64,000 nt of DNA. Origin: an uncultured bacterium (GTDB lineage Bacteria > Fermentibacterota > Fermentibacteria > Fermentibacterales > JCC-6). Shown one piece after another: positions 9,136-18,649 of this stretch. Under the pieces are notes generated by a model. The model ran no database searches. It was not told the origin of the DNA and saw nothing but the letters and a program-made list of their open reading frames with translations. The stretch spans positions 152,207 through 216,206 of the forward strand of contig CAYREX010000003.1 of the NCBI GenBank assembly GCA_964423505.1, given 5' to 3'. The position numbers were made by a program, and so were the translations under genes. The number at the start of each line of letters is the position of its first letter. The first letter of the stretch is position 1.

Positions 9136-9575
9136 CCGGCGCTGCGCCTGCCGGCCAGCCTGGACGCCAGGAGGACGGCACCGGCCAGCGCAAGGAGTAT
9201 GAGGATGTCCCTGACTATCTTCGGCCAGATGAAGGGCGCCGCCCAGGGCTGGTTGAAGAGCCACTGGGTTCCGTGGTTCCGCTCGCCCGGCTCGTGGATG
9301 TGCATCCCGCCGCCCGAGAGCCGGCCGGCGGTGACGCTGTCCGGGGCCTGAGCCTCGCCGTCCCCGTCATCGTGCCCGTGGTCGCAGTCTCCGGTATGCT
9401 CGTGGTCGTGCGCGTGGTCCGCTTCCCCGGCGTGCCCATGCTCATGGTCATGGTCGTGGTCCTCTCCCAGGTGCTCCTCCGGGGCCACCTCGGCCACGTC
9501 GTAGTCCACCCTGTCGAAGCAGCCGGCGACAGCCAGCAGCAGAGCCGCGGAGATGATGACCGCCGGGGCCCTCAC
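9132..9575 (-). CDS. His/Asp-rich lipoprotein with C-terminal TM (putative metal-binding)
   Basis: GTG start overlaps the permease stop (GTGA). Lipobox LLLAVAGC, then EEHLGEDHDHDHEHGHAGEADHAHDHEHTGDCDHGHDDGDGE, and a C-terminal TM (ILILLALAGAVLLASRL). Confidence 0.6.
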   Translation of the reverse strand: MRAPAVIISAALLLAVAGCFDRVDYDVAEVAPEEHLGEDHDHDHEHGHAGEADHAHDHEHTGDCDHGHDDGDGEAQAPDSVTAGRLSGGGMHIHEPGERNHGTQWLFNQPWAAPFIWPKIVRDILILLALAGAVLLASRLAGRRSAG

Positions 9576-10323
9576 TTCAGGTCCCTCGTCCGGAAGAGCG
9601 CCAGGGCCACGGAGAGCATGAAGGCCATGTAGGTCAGTCCGTAGAGGGCCGCTAGCAGGAAGTAGAGGTCCGGCACGTCGAAGCCGTGCGTTATCGGGTC
9701 CTTGAGGTGGAAGGTGTCCATGTGCGGTAGGAGGAGCCTCAGGACCCGCATCGGACCCGGCGCGGCCGGGAAGAGGCTCACGAAGTCCACCACCGACATC
9801 TGGGAGACTATGAAGAGCAGGATGGTCAGCGGGGCGTTGAGCGGGGGAGAGGTCCAGAAGCTGAAGAAGAAGACCACCGCCAGCAGGAACCATCCCTCGA
9901 TCAGCAGGAGCCCGGTTGCCGGCACCAGGTCAGCAGGTATCGCGTTGCCGCTGCCGACCAGTACCGCCATGAGACCCAGGCAGCCGACCAGGAGGGCCGC
10001 GCCCTGGACTATGGCGGCGCCCAGGAAGCGTCCCATGAGGTACTGCCCGCGGGAGAGGGGTACGGCCAGCAGAGGCATGACGGTCCTCTGCTCCCGGTCC
10101 CTCGGGTAGATGTTGGACCCCACACCGATAGCGAGCAGCAGCGCGCCCACCTCCAGGCCGAAGAGCCCGAAGTCGAGCACGAAGCGTCCCTCGTTGCCGA
10201 CCCCGAAGCTGGGCACCTGGCCCAGCCCGAACAGGGCGAGCAGGATGACCATGCTTATGCCGTAGATGGTGCGCCTCCTGAGAAGGGTGCGCATGGTCAT
10301 CGCGGCGAAGGTCCAGACCGGCC

Positions 10324-10327
<4 letters not shown>
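9572..10327 (-). CDS. ABC-2 type transporter permease
   Basis: About six hydrophobic spans and no soluble domain. ATGA overlap with the ATPase gene. Confidence 0.65.
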
Positions 10328-11208
<881 letters not shown>

Positions 11209-11406
11209 CGTGCTCCTCCCGGTCAGTGGAAAATATGAAAAGAGAGCGGGGTGACCAGCCCCCGAAGGGTGCTCTGGTCCGGCCTCCGGGGCGCTGTTAT
11301 CTTTCCACTTCGTCACAGCTCCGCGCGGGAGGCGGCCCTACCCGTCAGGGCCGCGGCGGCGGAGCGCTCCGCCAACAGGACCAACCGCAACCGGAAGAGG
11401 GCCCAA

Positions 11407-12564
11407 ATGCTCGTACCCCCCCACGGAGGAAGACTCGTCGACAGGCAGCTGGAGGGTAGCGACGCCGAGTCGCTCGTGGCCGAAGCGGAGAGCCTCCCGT
11501 CGCTGACGCTCAACGCCAGGGAGCTCTGCGACCTGGAGATGATAGGCAACGGCGCGATGAGCCCGCTGGAGGGCTTCATGTGCCGAGACGACTACCTCTC
11601 GGTCGTGGACCTCATGCACCTGACGGCCGGGCCGGTCTGGTCGCTTCCGGTGACCCTCTCCGCCAAGAGCGGCGACGACGAGGCGGTCCCCGGGAAGAGG
11701 TATGCCCTGGTCGACGCCGAGGGGACCGTATGGGGTGACATCCTGGTGGAGGACGTCTACCGAGCCGACCTGGAGGTGGAGGCGGAGAGAACCCTCGGCA
11801 CCACCGACGAGGCCCACCCGGGGGTCGCCTACCTCGGGGCGCTCGAGGGCACCTACGTTGGCGGCCGGGTCCGCTCGATACGCAGGAGGGAGCTGGAGAG
11901 CTTCCCCCGCTACAGGCTCGACCCGAAGGAGACCAGGGTGCTCTTCCGGGCCAGGGGCTGGCGGACGGTGGTCGCCTTCCAGACCAGGAACCCCATCCAC
12001 AGGGCTCACGAGTACATACAGAAGTGCGCCATGGAGATAGTCGACGGGCTCCTGCTTCATCCGCTGGTCGGCGAGACCAAGAGCGGAGACATCCCCGCCG
12101 ATGTCAGGATGCGCTGCTACGAGGTGCTTCTGGACGGGTACTACCCGCAGACCAGGGTGGCCATGAGCGTCTTCCCGGCCGCCATGCGCTACGGCGGCCC
12201 CAGGGAGGCGGTGTTCCACGCCATCCTCCGGAAGAACTACGGATGCAGCCACTTCATCGTCGGCCGCGACCATGCCGGCGTCGGCGACTACTACGGGACC
12301 TACGACGCCCAGATGATATTCGACAGGTTCGAGAGCGACGAGCTGGACATCGTACCGCTGAAGTTCGAGCACGCTTTCTACTGCAGGGTCTGCGGCGGCA
12401 TGGCCACCGCCAAGACCTGCTCTCACGGGAGCGAGCACCACCTGTTCCTCGCCGGGAGGAAGGTGCGGGCAATGCTCAGGGCCGGCCAGACGCCGCCCCC
12501 GGAGTTCACGAGGCCCGAGATAGCCGAGATTCTGATGAAGGCCACTGAGGAGGAGACCCGATGA
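11407..12564 (+). CDS. sat: sulfate adenylyltransferase (ATP sulfurylase)
   Basis: MLVPPHGG, FQTRNPIHRAHE, HPLVGETKSGDIPA and GPREAVFHAILRKNYGCSHFIVGRDHAGVG. ATG at 11407. Confidence 0.9.
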   Translation: MLVPPHGGRLVDRQLEGSDAESLVAEAESLPSLTLNARELCDLEMIGNGAMSPLEGFMCRDDYLSVVDLMHLTAGPVWSLPVTLSAKSGDDEAVPGKRYALVDAEGTVWGDILVEDVYRADLEVEAERTLGTTDEAHPGVAYLGALEGTYVGGRVRSIRRRELESFPRYRLDPKETRVLFRARGWRTVVAFQTRNPIHRAHEYIQKCAMEIVDGLLLHPLVGETKSGDIPADVRMRCYEVLLDGYYPQTRVAMSVFPAAMRYGGPREAVFHAILRKNYGCSHFIVGRDHAGVGDYYGTYDAQMIFDRFESDELDIVPLKFEHAFYCRVCGGMATAKTCSHGSEHHLFLAGRKVRAMLRAGQTPPPEFTRPEIAEILMKATEEETR

Positions 12565-12977
12565 AGGGGCTCATCATCTGGATAACCGACACGGGAAGCG
12601 ACGAGACCCTCCTCGACGAGCTGGGGAGAGAGATAGCCGACAGGGGCGGCAGGGTGGAGGTCCTCCACCGGGAGGCCACCGGGAGCATGGGCATGGACGT
12701 CTCGGACGAGGCCTCGAAGGCCGCCGCCTGCGCCATGATAGCCAGGCACGGAGTGGTCGTTGTGACGACCGGCGGCGAGTCCCCCGCCCTGGACTGCGGC
12801 GACGAGATCGAGGTCCGGAGGATACCGGCCTCGGAGCTGGCGGGCGACCTGGCCCACGGAGAGTTCATGAGGAGCCTCGAGCTGGCCGGGCTGGTCCCAC
12901 CGCCGAAGCACGACGTCGACCCGGACGAGGAGGAGGGGATACTGGAGAAGCTGCGCGACCTGGGATACCTGGAGTAG
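12561..12977 (+). CDS. APS-kinase-like protein with degenerate P-loop
   Basis: ATGA overlap with sat. GLIIWITDTGSDETLL aligns by eye to the CysC stretch G..IW.TGLSGSGKST, but the GxxxxGK(S/T) residues are lost. The protein is only 138 aa and ends ...EKLRDLGYLE. Confidence 0.5.
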   Translation: MKGLIIWITDTGSDETLLDELGREIADRGGRVEVLHREATGSMGMDVSDEASKAAACAMIARHGVVVVTTGGESPALDCGDEIEVRRIPASELAGDLAHGEFMRSLELAGLVPPPKHDVDPDEEEGILEKLRDLGYLE

Positions 12978-12994
12978 AGCGGAGCGGTACTGCC

Positions 12995-13192
12995 CTACTC
13001 CATGTAGCCCAGGCCCTCCATCTTCCTCCTGATCTCCTCCTCCGACTCCCCCTCCTCGGGCGAGAGCGCCTCCAGCTCCCGCTCGAGGACGTGGATGACG
13101 AACTCCTCGGGGGAGGAGTAGCCTCCGGCCTCCGCCACCCGCCGGAGCCTCTCCAGGGTACCCCCGTCGAGCTTCAGCTTCATCTTCGGCAT
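12995..13192 (-). CDS. small ribbon-helix-helix (CopG-like) protein
   Basis: 65 aa: LDGGTLERLRRVAEAGGYSSPEEFVIHVLEREL, followed by an acidic tail ending ...RRKMEGLGYME. Confidence 0.5.
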   Translation of the reverse strand: MPKMKLKLDGGTLERLRRVAEAGGYSSPEEFVIHVLERELEALSPEEGESEEEIRRKMEGLGYME

Positions 13193-13250
13193 CCGTCCCT
13201 CCCTTCCGGTGCCGGTGCGGCGGCCAGGGTCGTCAGGCCGCGACCGGCGG

Positions 13251-14072
13251 TCATATCCTTACGCGGAGCACCCGTGCGCCGACAAGGGCCGACAGGCTCG
13301 CCATCACCAGGAAGACAGCCGCCCAGGACCATCTCCCCACCAGCATGTCGTAGTCCACGCCGGAGAGGCTCCAGCGTCCCTCCACCGGCCCGACTCCGAT
13401 CCTCTCCGCCCCGCCCGTCCCCGGCTCCATAGGGGCCTCCGGTCCGGGGGTGAGGTCGAACCCGTCGTAGACAAGCCTCCCGGAGCCCTCGCCGGAGGCG
13501 CCCACGGTGAACGTCGTGCCCTCTACAGTGACCCTCACCGGGGCGGGGGAGCCGGCATTCGGGGAGAGCCTGAAGGATGCCTCCATCAGGGTGTCCACCA
13601 TGACGACTGGTGGGACGTACTCGAAGTCCTCCCCGGCGGGTACCACCATCTCCCTCTCCGGAAGACCCTCCTCCCACGCGAGTGTCAGGGTCAGCGCCCG
13701 GCCCGGCTCCGGTCCGGCGCCGCCGTACCTGGCCTCCAGCTGACCCCAGGTGAGCGCGAAGGGAAGGGCGATGACCAGCAGCGGCACGAGCAGGAGCCAG
13801 AGGTAGACGAAGTTGGAGGCGATGAGGCCGCCGGCCAGCCTGAGCACGACCGTGGGCCTGCTGACGTGGAGCAGGATGCCCGCCACCTGGCCGCCCATCC
13901 TTCGGCGTATTCGCCTTATCCGCGCCTGGTCGGAGACCGCCCCGAACACAGCTATCATCCAGACGCCCGTGAGCAGGGAGACGAAGAGCAGGCCCCAGAC
14001 CGGCGGCAGCCCCCGGAAGGGGAGGAGCAGCAGGTCGAAGATGCTGTCGATGACCCCGCCCACGGCCCCCAC
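13251..14072 (-). CDS. hypothetical integral membrane protein
   Basis: TM segments at the N-terminus, centre and C-terminus, with a ~130-aa soluble insert. Co-directional, 5 nt after the AP-family gene. Confidence 0.5.
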   Translation of the reverse strand: MGAVGGVIDSIFDLLLLPFRGLPPVWGLLFVSLLTGVWMIAVFGAVSDQARIRRIRRRMGGQVAGILLHVSRPTVVLRLAGGLIASNFVYLWLLLVPLLVIALPFALTWGQLEARYGGAGPEPGRALTLTLAWEEGLPEREMVVPAGEDFEYVPPVVMVDTLMEASFRLSPNAGSPAPVRVTVEGTTFTVGASGEGSGRLVYDGFDLTPGPEAPMEPGTGGAERIGVGPVEGRWSLSGVDYDMLVGRWSWAAVFLVMASLSALVGARVLRVRI

Positions 14073-14077
14073 CGGGC

Positions 14078-16048
14078 TCAGCCCTCCCCGTCCAGGACAT
14101 CCCGGCCGCCTGGCGGCAGCGAGGGGACGTCGAAGAGCGACGCGATGGAGCGGCCCATGTCACGGAGGCGCGGGTAATCGCCCGAGATCGGGACGCTGGA
14201 GAGGAGCGTACCCGGGACTATGGCCGGGGCGATGCAGTGGGTGCCGCTCCAGGGGTCCAGGTTGTCGGTCAGCACCTCCTCCGGGTAGCTGCCCAGCGTT
14301 GTCTCCCAGGAGGCCCTGAAGCCCCTGGCGTAGCCGATTATCATGTCCGGAGCGTAGTCGGGCAGCGGCCCGGGGAAGAGCCGTGACGTTGGCCATGCCC
14401 CCTCTATCACCCGCCTGCCTGTGGCCGGGTCCGTCACCGACTCCAGCTCCTCCGACAGCGTCTCGAGGAGTCCCTCCGCCTCTCCCGGTGACACCACGCC
14501 GCCCTCCTCCCGGCCCTGCAGGTTCAGGTAGAGGGAGTTCAGACCGAGTCCGTAGGCCGCGGTCCCGGACCAGTCTATCGCCCTGAACATGTCCCTCTCC
14601 CGGTCCCACGCCGAGGTTATATCGGCGTAGCCGGAGGCGGCAAGCCAGGAGTTCAGGTTGAAGGAGCGGTTGAAGGGGGCGAAGCCGTGGTCGGACAGGA
14701 CCAGGAGGGCGGTCCGGTCGTCGAGCATCCCCATGGCCTCTCCGATGAGCCCGTCGATGACCGAGTAGAGGTCACGTACAATGCTCCTGAACCTCGGCGC
14801 GGTGGAGGCGTAGAGGGGGGAGGCCGGGTCTATGGCCCGGTAGAACATGTGCAGGTTCAGGTCCAGCGAGGAGACGTAGAGGAAGAGCAGGCCGTCGTCG
14901 AACCTGCCCAGCTCGTGGTGGACGAGGTCCAGCCTCTCCTGCAGGACTATCTCCGCCTGCTGGAGGTACTCGTCGTCGGAGAGGAGCCCCCGGGAGAGCG
15001 CCTTGGTGTCCTCCGGGAACCCCTGGGTGTAGAAGCGGCCCAGCGACCTGGCCAGGTCCGGCGCGTATCCGGGCGGCTCGGAGATCGGCAGGGCCGGGTC
15101 CAGGGGATCTATGTTCAGCGGGGATAGGTAGAGCTTGAGCTTCGGGCTCAGCTGCTTCAGGTAGAACCTGCCTATTGCCCGGACGGAGGAGATGCCGGGG
15201 ATGGCGGTGAAGGAGAAGCCTACCCAGTCGCTCCACTCCCCGGCGGCCAGGACGGTGCTCCGCCCCTGGACGTCTATGCGGACGGCGTCCGCCTCACGGT
15301 CGGCGTAGACCTCCGCCTCGACCTCCATGGTCGGGCTGCCGGCCCTCATGGAGTTCTCGGGTCCCCTCACCGGGCACCTGTAGCAGCCGTCGCCGTAGTC
15401 CCTGACCGGCACCACCACGCCGCCGGAGGTGTCGTCGCTCACCGACCTTGCGTCGTCGGTGAAGAAGGTGAAGCTCCCCTGGCTGCCGCGGATGTCCGGC
15501 GTGCCCAGTCCGCTCAGTATGACCGCGTCGCCGCTGTCGGGGGGGAAGTCGACCGGCAGCTTGACCATCCTGACCGGTATCCCCTCGGAGGTCAGCTTCC
15601 TCCAGAAGGGCTCGCCCCGCCTGAGGAGCTCCACCCCGGCGCCCGAGAGGGGGAGCCGCCAGTCCCCCAGGCTTATCACCCTGCCGGGGGCGGTCACCCT
15701 GGAGGTGGCCAGGTAGGGAGCGCGGGTGGCCGGGTCACGGTGGATGAAGTCGAAGATGCCGTGGACCTCCGGTCCGTAACCCGTGATGAAGCCGGACCAC
15801 GCGACCGGGCTCTGCGGCGGGTTGCTGGTCGCCAGTGGAGCCAGACCGCCCCTGGCCGCCAGCGCCGCCGTGTTCGGCATGACGCCCTCCTGGACGAACC
15901 TGTTCACGAGGCCCGGGTCCATCCCGTCCACGCCCAGGACGAGAACCCGGTGTAGACCGGAGCGCCTATGGCCGGAGCAGCCGGAGCCGAGGGCCGCAAG
16001 GGCCAGGGGGGCGGTGGCGGCGGCCCTGAGGAACTCCCTCCTCCTCAT
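14078..16048 (-). CDS. alkaline-phosphatase-superfamily protein (type I phosphodiesterase/nucleotide pyrophosphatase-like), Tat/lipoprotein signal
   Basis: RRREFL plus LGSGC, VLVLGVDGMDP, SNPPQSPVAWSGFITG and LLVLSDHGF. Confidence 0.75.
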   Translation of the reverse strand: MRRREFLRAAATAPLALAALGSGCSGHRRSGLHRVLVLGVDGMDPGLVNRFVQEGVMPNTAALAARGGLAPLATSNPPQSPVAWSGFITGYGPEVHGIFDFIHRDPATRAPYLATSRVTAPGRVISLGDWRLPLSGAGVELLRRGEPFWRKLTSEGIPVRMVKLPVDFPPDSGDAVILSGLGTPDIRGSQGSFTFFTDDARSVSDDTSGGVVVPVRDYGDGCYRCPVRGPENSMRAGSPTMEVEAEVYADREADAVRIDVQGRSTVLAAGEWSDWVGFSFTAIPGISSVRAIGRFYLKQLSPKLKLYLSPLNIDPLDPALPISEPPGYAPDLARSLGRFYTQGFPEDTKALSRGLLSDDEYLQQAEIVLQERLDLVHHELGRFDDGLLFLYVSSLDLNLHMFYRAIDPASPLYASTAPRFRSIVRDLYSVIDGLIGEAMGMLDDRTALLVLSDHGFAPFNRSFNLNSWLAASGYADITSAWDRERDMFRAIDWSGTAAYGLGLNSLYLNLQGREEGGVVSPGEAEGLLETLSEELESVTDPATGRRVIEGAWPTSRLFPGPLPDYAPDMIIGYARGFRASWETTLGSYPEEVLTDNLDPWSGTHCIAPAIVPGTLLSSVPISGDYPRLRDMGRSIASLFDVPSLPPGGRDVLDGEG

Positions 16049-18081
16049 CCTGCAGCCCCCTCTCCGGGGTGCAGCGACCTGCCGTCCATGTAGGAGGGGG
16101 GTCTGACGCCCAGCGCCTCCAGGACGGTCGGCGCCACGTCCAGTATCGAGGCTCCCGCCAGGTCCAGCTCGCGGTCGGAGGCTATCACTCCCGGTACCAG
16201 ACGGCTGTCGTGGCAGTGGTCGCCGTTCCAGTGGTGGTCGTTCGGGTAGAGAACCCTGCGGCCAACGCCTCCGGTGACGCAGCCCCAGCCGGTCCTGTAC
16301 CCCCGCTCCATACCGACGACCAGGTCCGGCCCGTCGCCGGCGTAGGGGCCTTCGTACACCTCGGAGGCCCGGCTCGCGCTCCTCACCACGCGGCCGCCGT
16401 CCCCGTCGCGCAGCTCAAGGAGCTCCGAGGAGATGGCCTCGAGGAGCCTCTCCGCCTCCTCTCCCGGCTCGACCGTCCCCTCGCCCTCCCGACCCCGGAG
16501 GTTCAGCATTATCCCGGCCAGGCCCATGGACCAGGCCACGGTCCTGCTCCAGTCCACCCCGCGGAAGCCGGTTGAGACTTCATCCACGCCCTCCTCCAGC
16601 ACCATGTACCCCCGCTCCACGAGCCACCTGTTCAGGTCGACGCAGGTATGGAAGGAGGTGAAGCCGTGGTCGGACATCACCACCAGCATGTCGTCCCGGC
16701 GGAGCCTGCCCACTGTCTCCCCGACGAGCTCGTCCATCCTCCGGTACATCTCCCGCACCGGCGAGCCCTCGCCGGTGCCGTCGGCCCAGAACATGTGCTG
16801 TATCCGGTCGGAGGTGTCGAAGACGCAGGCCACCAGGCCGCGCCGCACCTTGGAGAGGGCGTCCGTCCACATCCGCCTCCGCTCGTCGAAGATGCGCCAG
16901 CACATCGAGAGGAAGGCCGGCTCGTCGATGGCCCCGTTCGTCAGCGCCCATGTATCCTCCGCCAGGCCGAGGGTCGCGAAGGGGCCCTGCATACCGGCGA
17001 GGTACCTGCTGTAGTGGACCGGGTGGGAGACGGGCACCGCTGGTTTGGAGGGGGCCACGTTCAGCGCCGAGACGTAGAGCAGCGGCCTGCCCGCATCGTC
17101 CAGGGTCAGCCTGGCCAGGGCTATGGCCCGGACCTTCCCCCGACCGGCCCCGAACTCCAGCTCCAGCCAGGGGGAGAGCTCCCCAGGCTCGAGGTCGGCC
17201 ACGGCCGAGCCTATCCCCAGCCTCCAGGCGGAGCGCTTCCTGCGGAGGGGCCTTGCATACACCGGCAGCGATTCCGTGCCGCCCTCCGCAGGTGGTCCGG
17301 GCAGAGTCCCGCGCCACGAATCGCCCTCCCTGGAGAGGGGCAGGGTGAGGCCGCCGGTTGCGCCGCCCGCATCCCCCTCATCCCCCTCCGGGACGAAGAG
17401 GGTGTAGCTGCCCTGGGTGCCCCGCACGTCCGGGACGCACATGCCGGAGAGCAGGTGGCCGTCCAGCTCCTCCGGCGGGTAGGTGATCGGGACCCGGAGG
17501 ACCACGGAGCGGAGGCCGTAGCGGCCGAGCAGGGTCCAGAAGGGCCTGCTCCTCCTGAGCAGCCTGACGTAGCTCCGGCTCCCGGAGAGCCTGAGGGGCC
17601 CTATCCGCCTCTCCCTCTCGGTGGTGCCGGTCTTCACGGAGGAGAGCACCGGGAGGTAGCGGGACCTGTCCGGGGCGAGGAAGTCGAAGATGGCGTGCCT
17701 GCCGGGGTTCACGCCGGTCTGGAACGAAGACCAGGCTACCGGGGATATGCCCGGGCTGGTGGTGCGGAGCGAGCCGAAGCAGCCCGATTCCGCCAGTCGC
17801 CGGAGGTTCGGCATCTCACCGGCCTCCATCAGCTCGGAGGCCACCGAGGGGGACAGACCGTCGAGGCCGAGCACCACAACCCTTCCGGCGGTGGCCGGCA
17901 GCTCTCGCCTGCGCATGCGGAGCCTTCTCAGAAGGAGCCCTACCGGCCAGAGCAGGAGGGAGAGGAGGGAGGCGGCTATCGCGTTCAGGAAGACCACGAA
18001 GGAGGTTACCATGCCGAACCCCGCACCGGGGCCCACGTAGGCGTGGGCCGCCGGGACGGCGACCAGCAGCGCTGCTATCAA
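16045..18081 (-). CDS. alkaline-phosphatase-superfamily protein (paralog), N-terminal TM anchor
   Basis: AYVGPGAGFG followed by a TM segment, VVVLGLDGLSP, TTSPGISPVAWSSFQTG and MLVVMSDHGF. ATGA overlap with the downstream paralog. Confidence 0.75.
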   Translation of the reverse strand: MIAALLVAVPAAHAYVGPGAGFGMVTSFVVFLNAIAASLLSLLLWPVGLLLRRLRMRRRELPATAGRVVVLGLDGLSPSVASELMEAGEMPNLRRLAESGCFGSLRTTSPGISPVAWSSFQTGVNPGRHAIFDFLAPDRSRYLPVLSSVKTGTTERERRIGPLRLSGSRSYVRLLRRSRPFWTLLGRYGLRSVVLRVPITYPPEELDGHLLSGMCVPDVRGTQGSYTLFVPEGDEGDAGGATGGLTLPLSREGDSWRGTLPGPPAEGGTESLPVYARPLRRKRSAWRLGIGSAVADLEPGELSPWLELEFGAGRGKVRAIALARLTLDDAGRPLLYVSALNVAPSKPAVPVSHPVHYSRYLAGMQGPFATLGLAEDTWALTNGAIDEPAFLSMCWRIFDERRRMWTDALSKVRRGLVACVFDTSDRIQHMFWADGTGEGSPVREMYRRMDELVGETVGRLRRDDMLVVMSDHGFTSFHTCVDLNRWLVERGYMVLEEGVDEVSTGFRGVDWSRTVAWSMGLAGIMLNLRGREGEGTVEPGEEAERLLEAISSELLELRDGDGGRVVRSASRASEVYEGPYAGDGPDLVVGMERGYRTGWGCVTGGVGRRVLYPNDHHWNGDHCHDSRLVPGVIASDRELDLAGASILDVAPTVLEALGVRPPSYMDGRSLHPGEGAAG

Positions 18082-18240
18082 AAGGGGGACTCGGACTCTA
18101 CCGGTCCCCTCTGAGAACCTGGTGCGTGCTATGGCTGTGCCTCCAGCGCAGTAATATCCACCGGGCCCGCAACCCCGTCAAAGGCGGCCCGGTTCCCGGT
18201 CGCCCGTCGCGCCCCGGTCGACCGCGAGTATATTCCTCCG

Positions 18241-18600
18241 ATGAGACTCATACGCCTTCTCGCCGCCATGCTCCCGACGGCGCCGCTCCTCCTTTCCGGC
18301 TGCGGGAACCGTTCGGGTGAGGCCGGACTCAGGGTGATAAACGGGACGCCCGGCGCCTTCGAGACCCTGACGGTCGCAAGCGGTGGTGACACCGCGCTGG
18401 TGGAGGGGCTGGAGAGCGCCGGATCGAGGACGCTGGACCTCCCGGTGACCGGCTCCGCCCCGCTCAACGCCCGCTGGACCGGCCCGTCCGGCGCCTGCTC
18501 CCTTTCGGTCCGGCTGCTGGACAGCGCCGATGCCGCCGTGGGGGTCACCCTGAGCATACGGGGGCCTGGCAGCGGGGAGGTATCGTACAGGTTCCGCTGA
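18241..18600 (+). CDS. small lipoprotein, unknown function
   Basis: Signal peptide plus lipobox (LLLSGC). 119 aa. Confidence 0.45.
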   Translation: MRLIRLLAAMLPTAPLLLSGCGNRSGEAGLRVINGTPGAFETLTVASGGDTALVEGLESAGSRTLDLPVTGSAPLNARWTGPSGACSLSVRLLDSADAAVGVTLSIRGPGSGEVSYRFR

Positions 18601-18649
18601 CCGCCAGCCACGGATGCGGCAGGCGCGACGGCACTGACACGGAGGAGAG

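Noticed and set aside
9360-9485. The His/Asp-coding tract (cac/gac/cat repeats) as a non-coding simple-sequence repeat
   Set aside because: It lies in frame within an ORF that has a lipobox, a C-terminal TM helix and 4-nt overlaps to both neighbours, so it is treated as coding.
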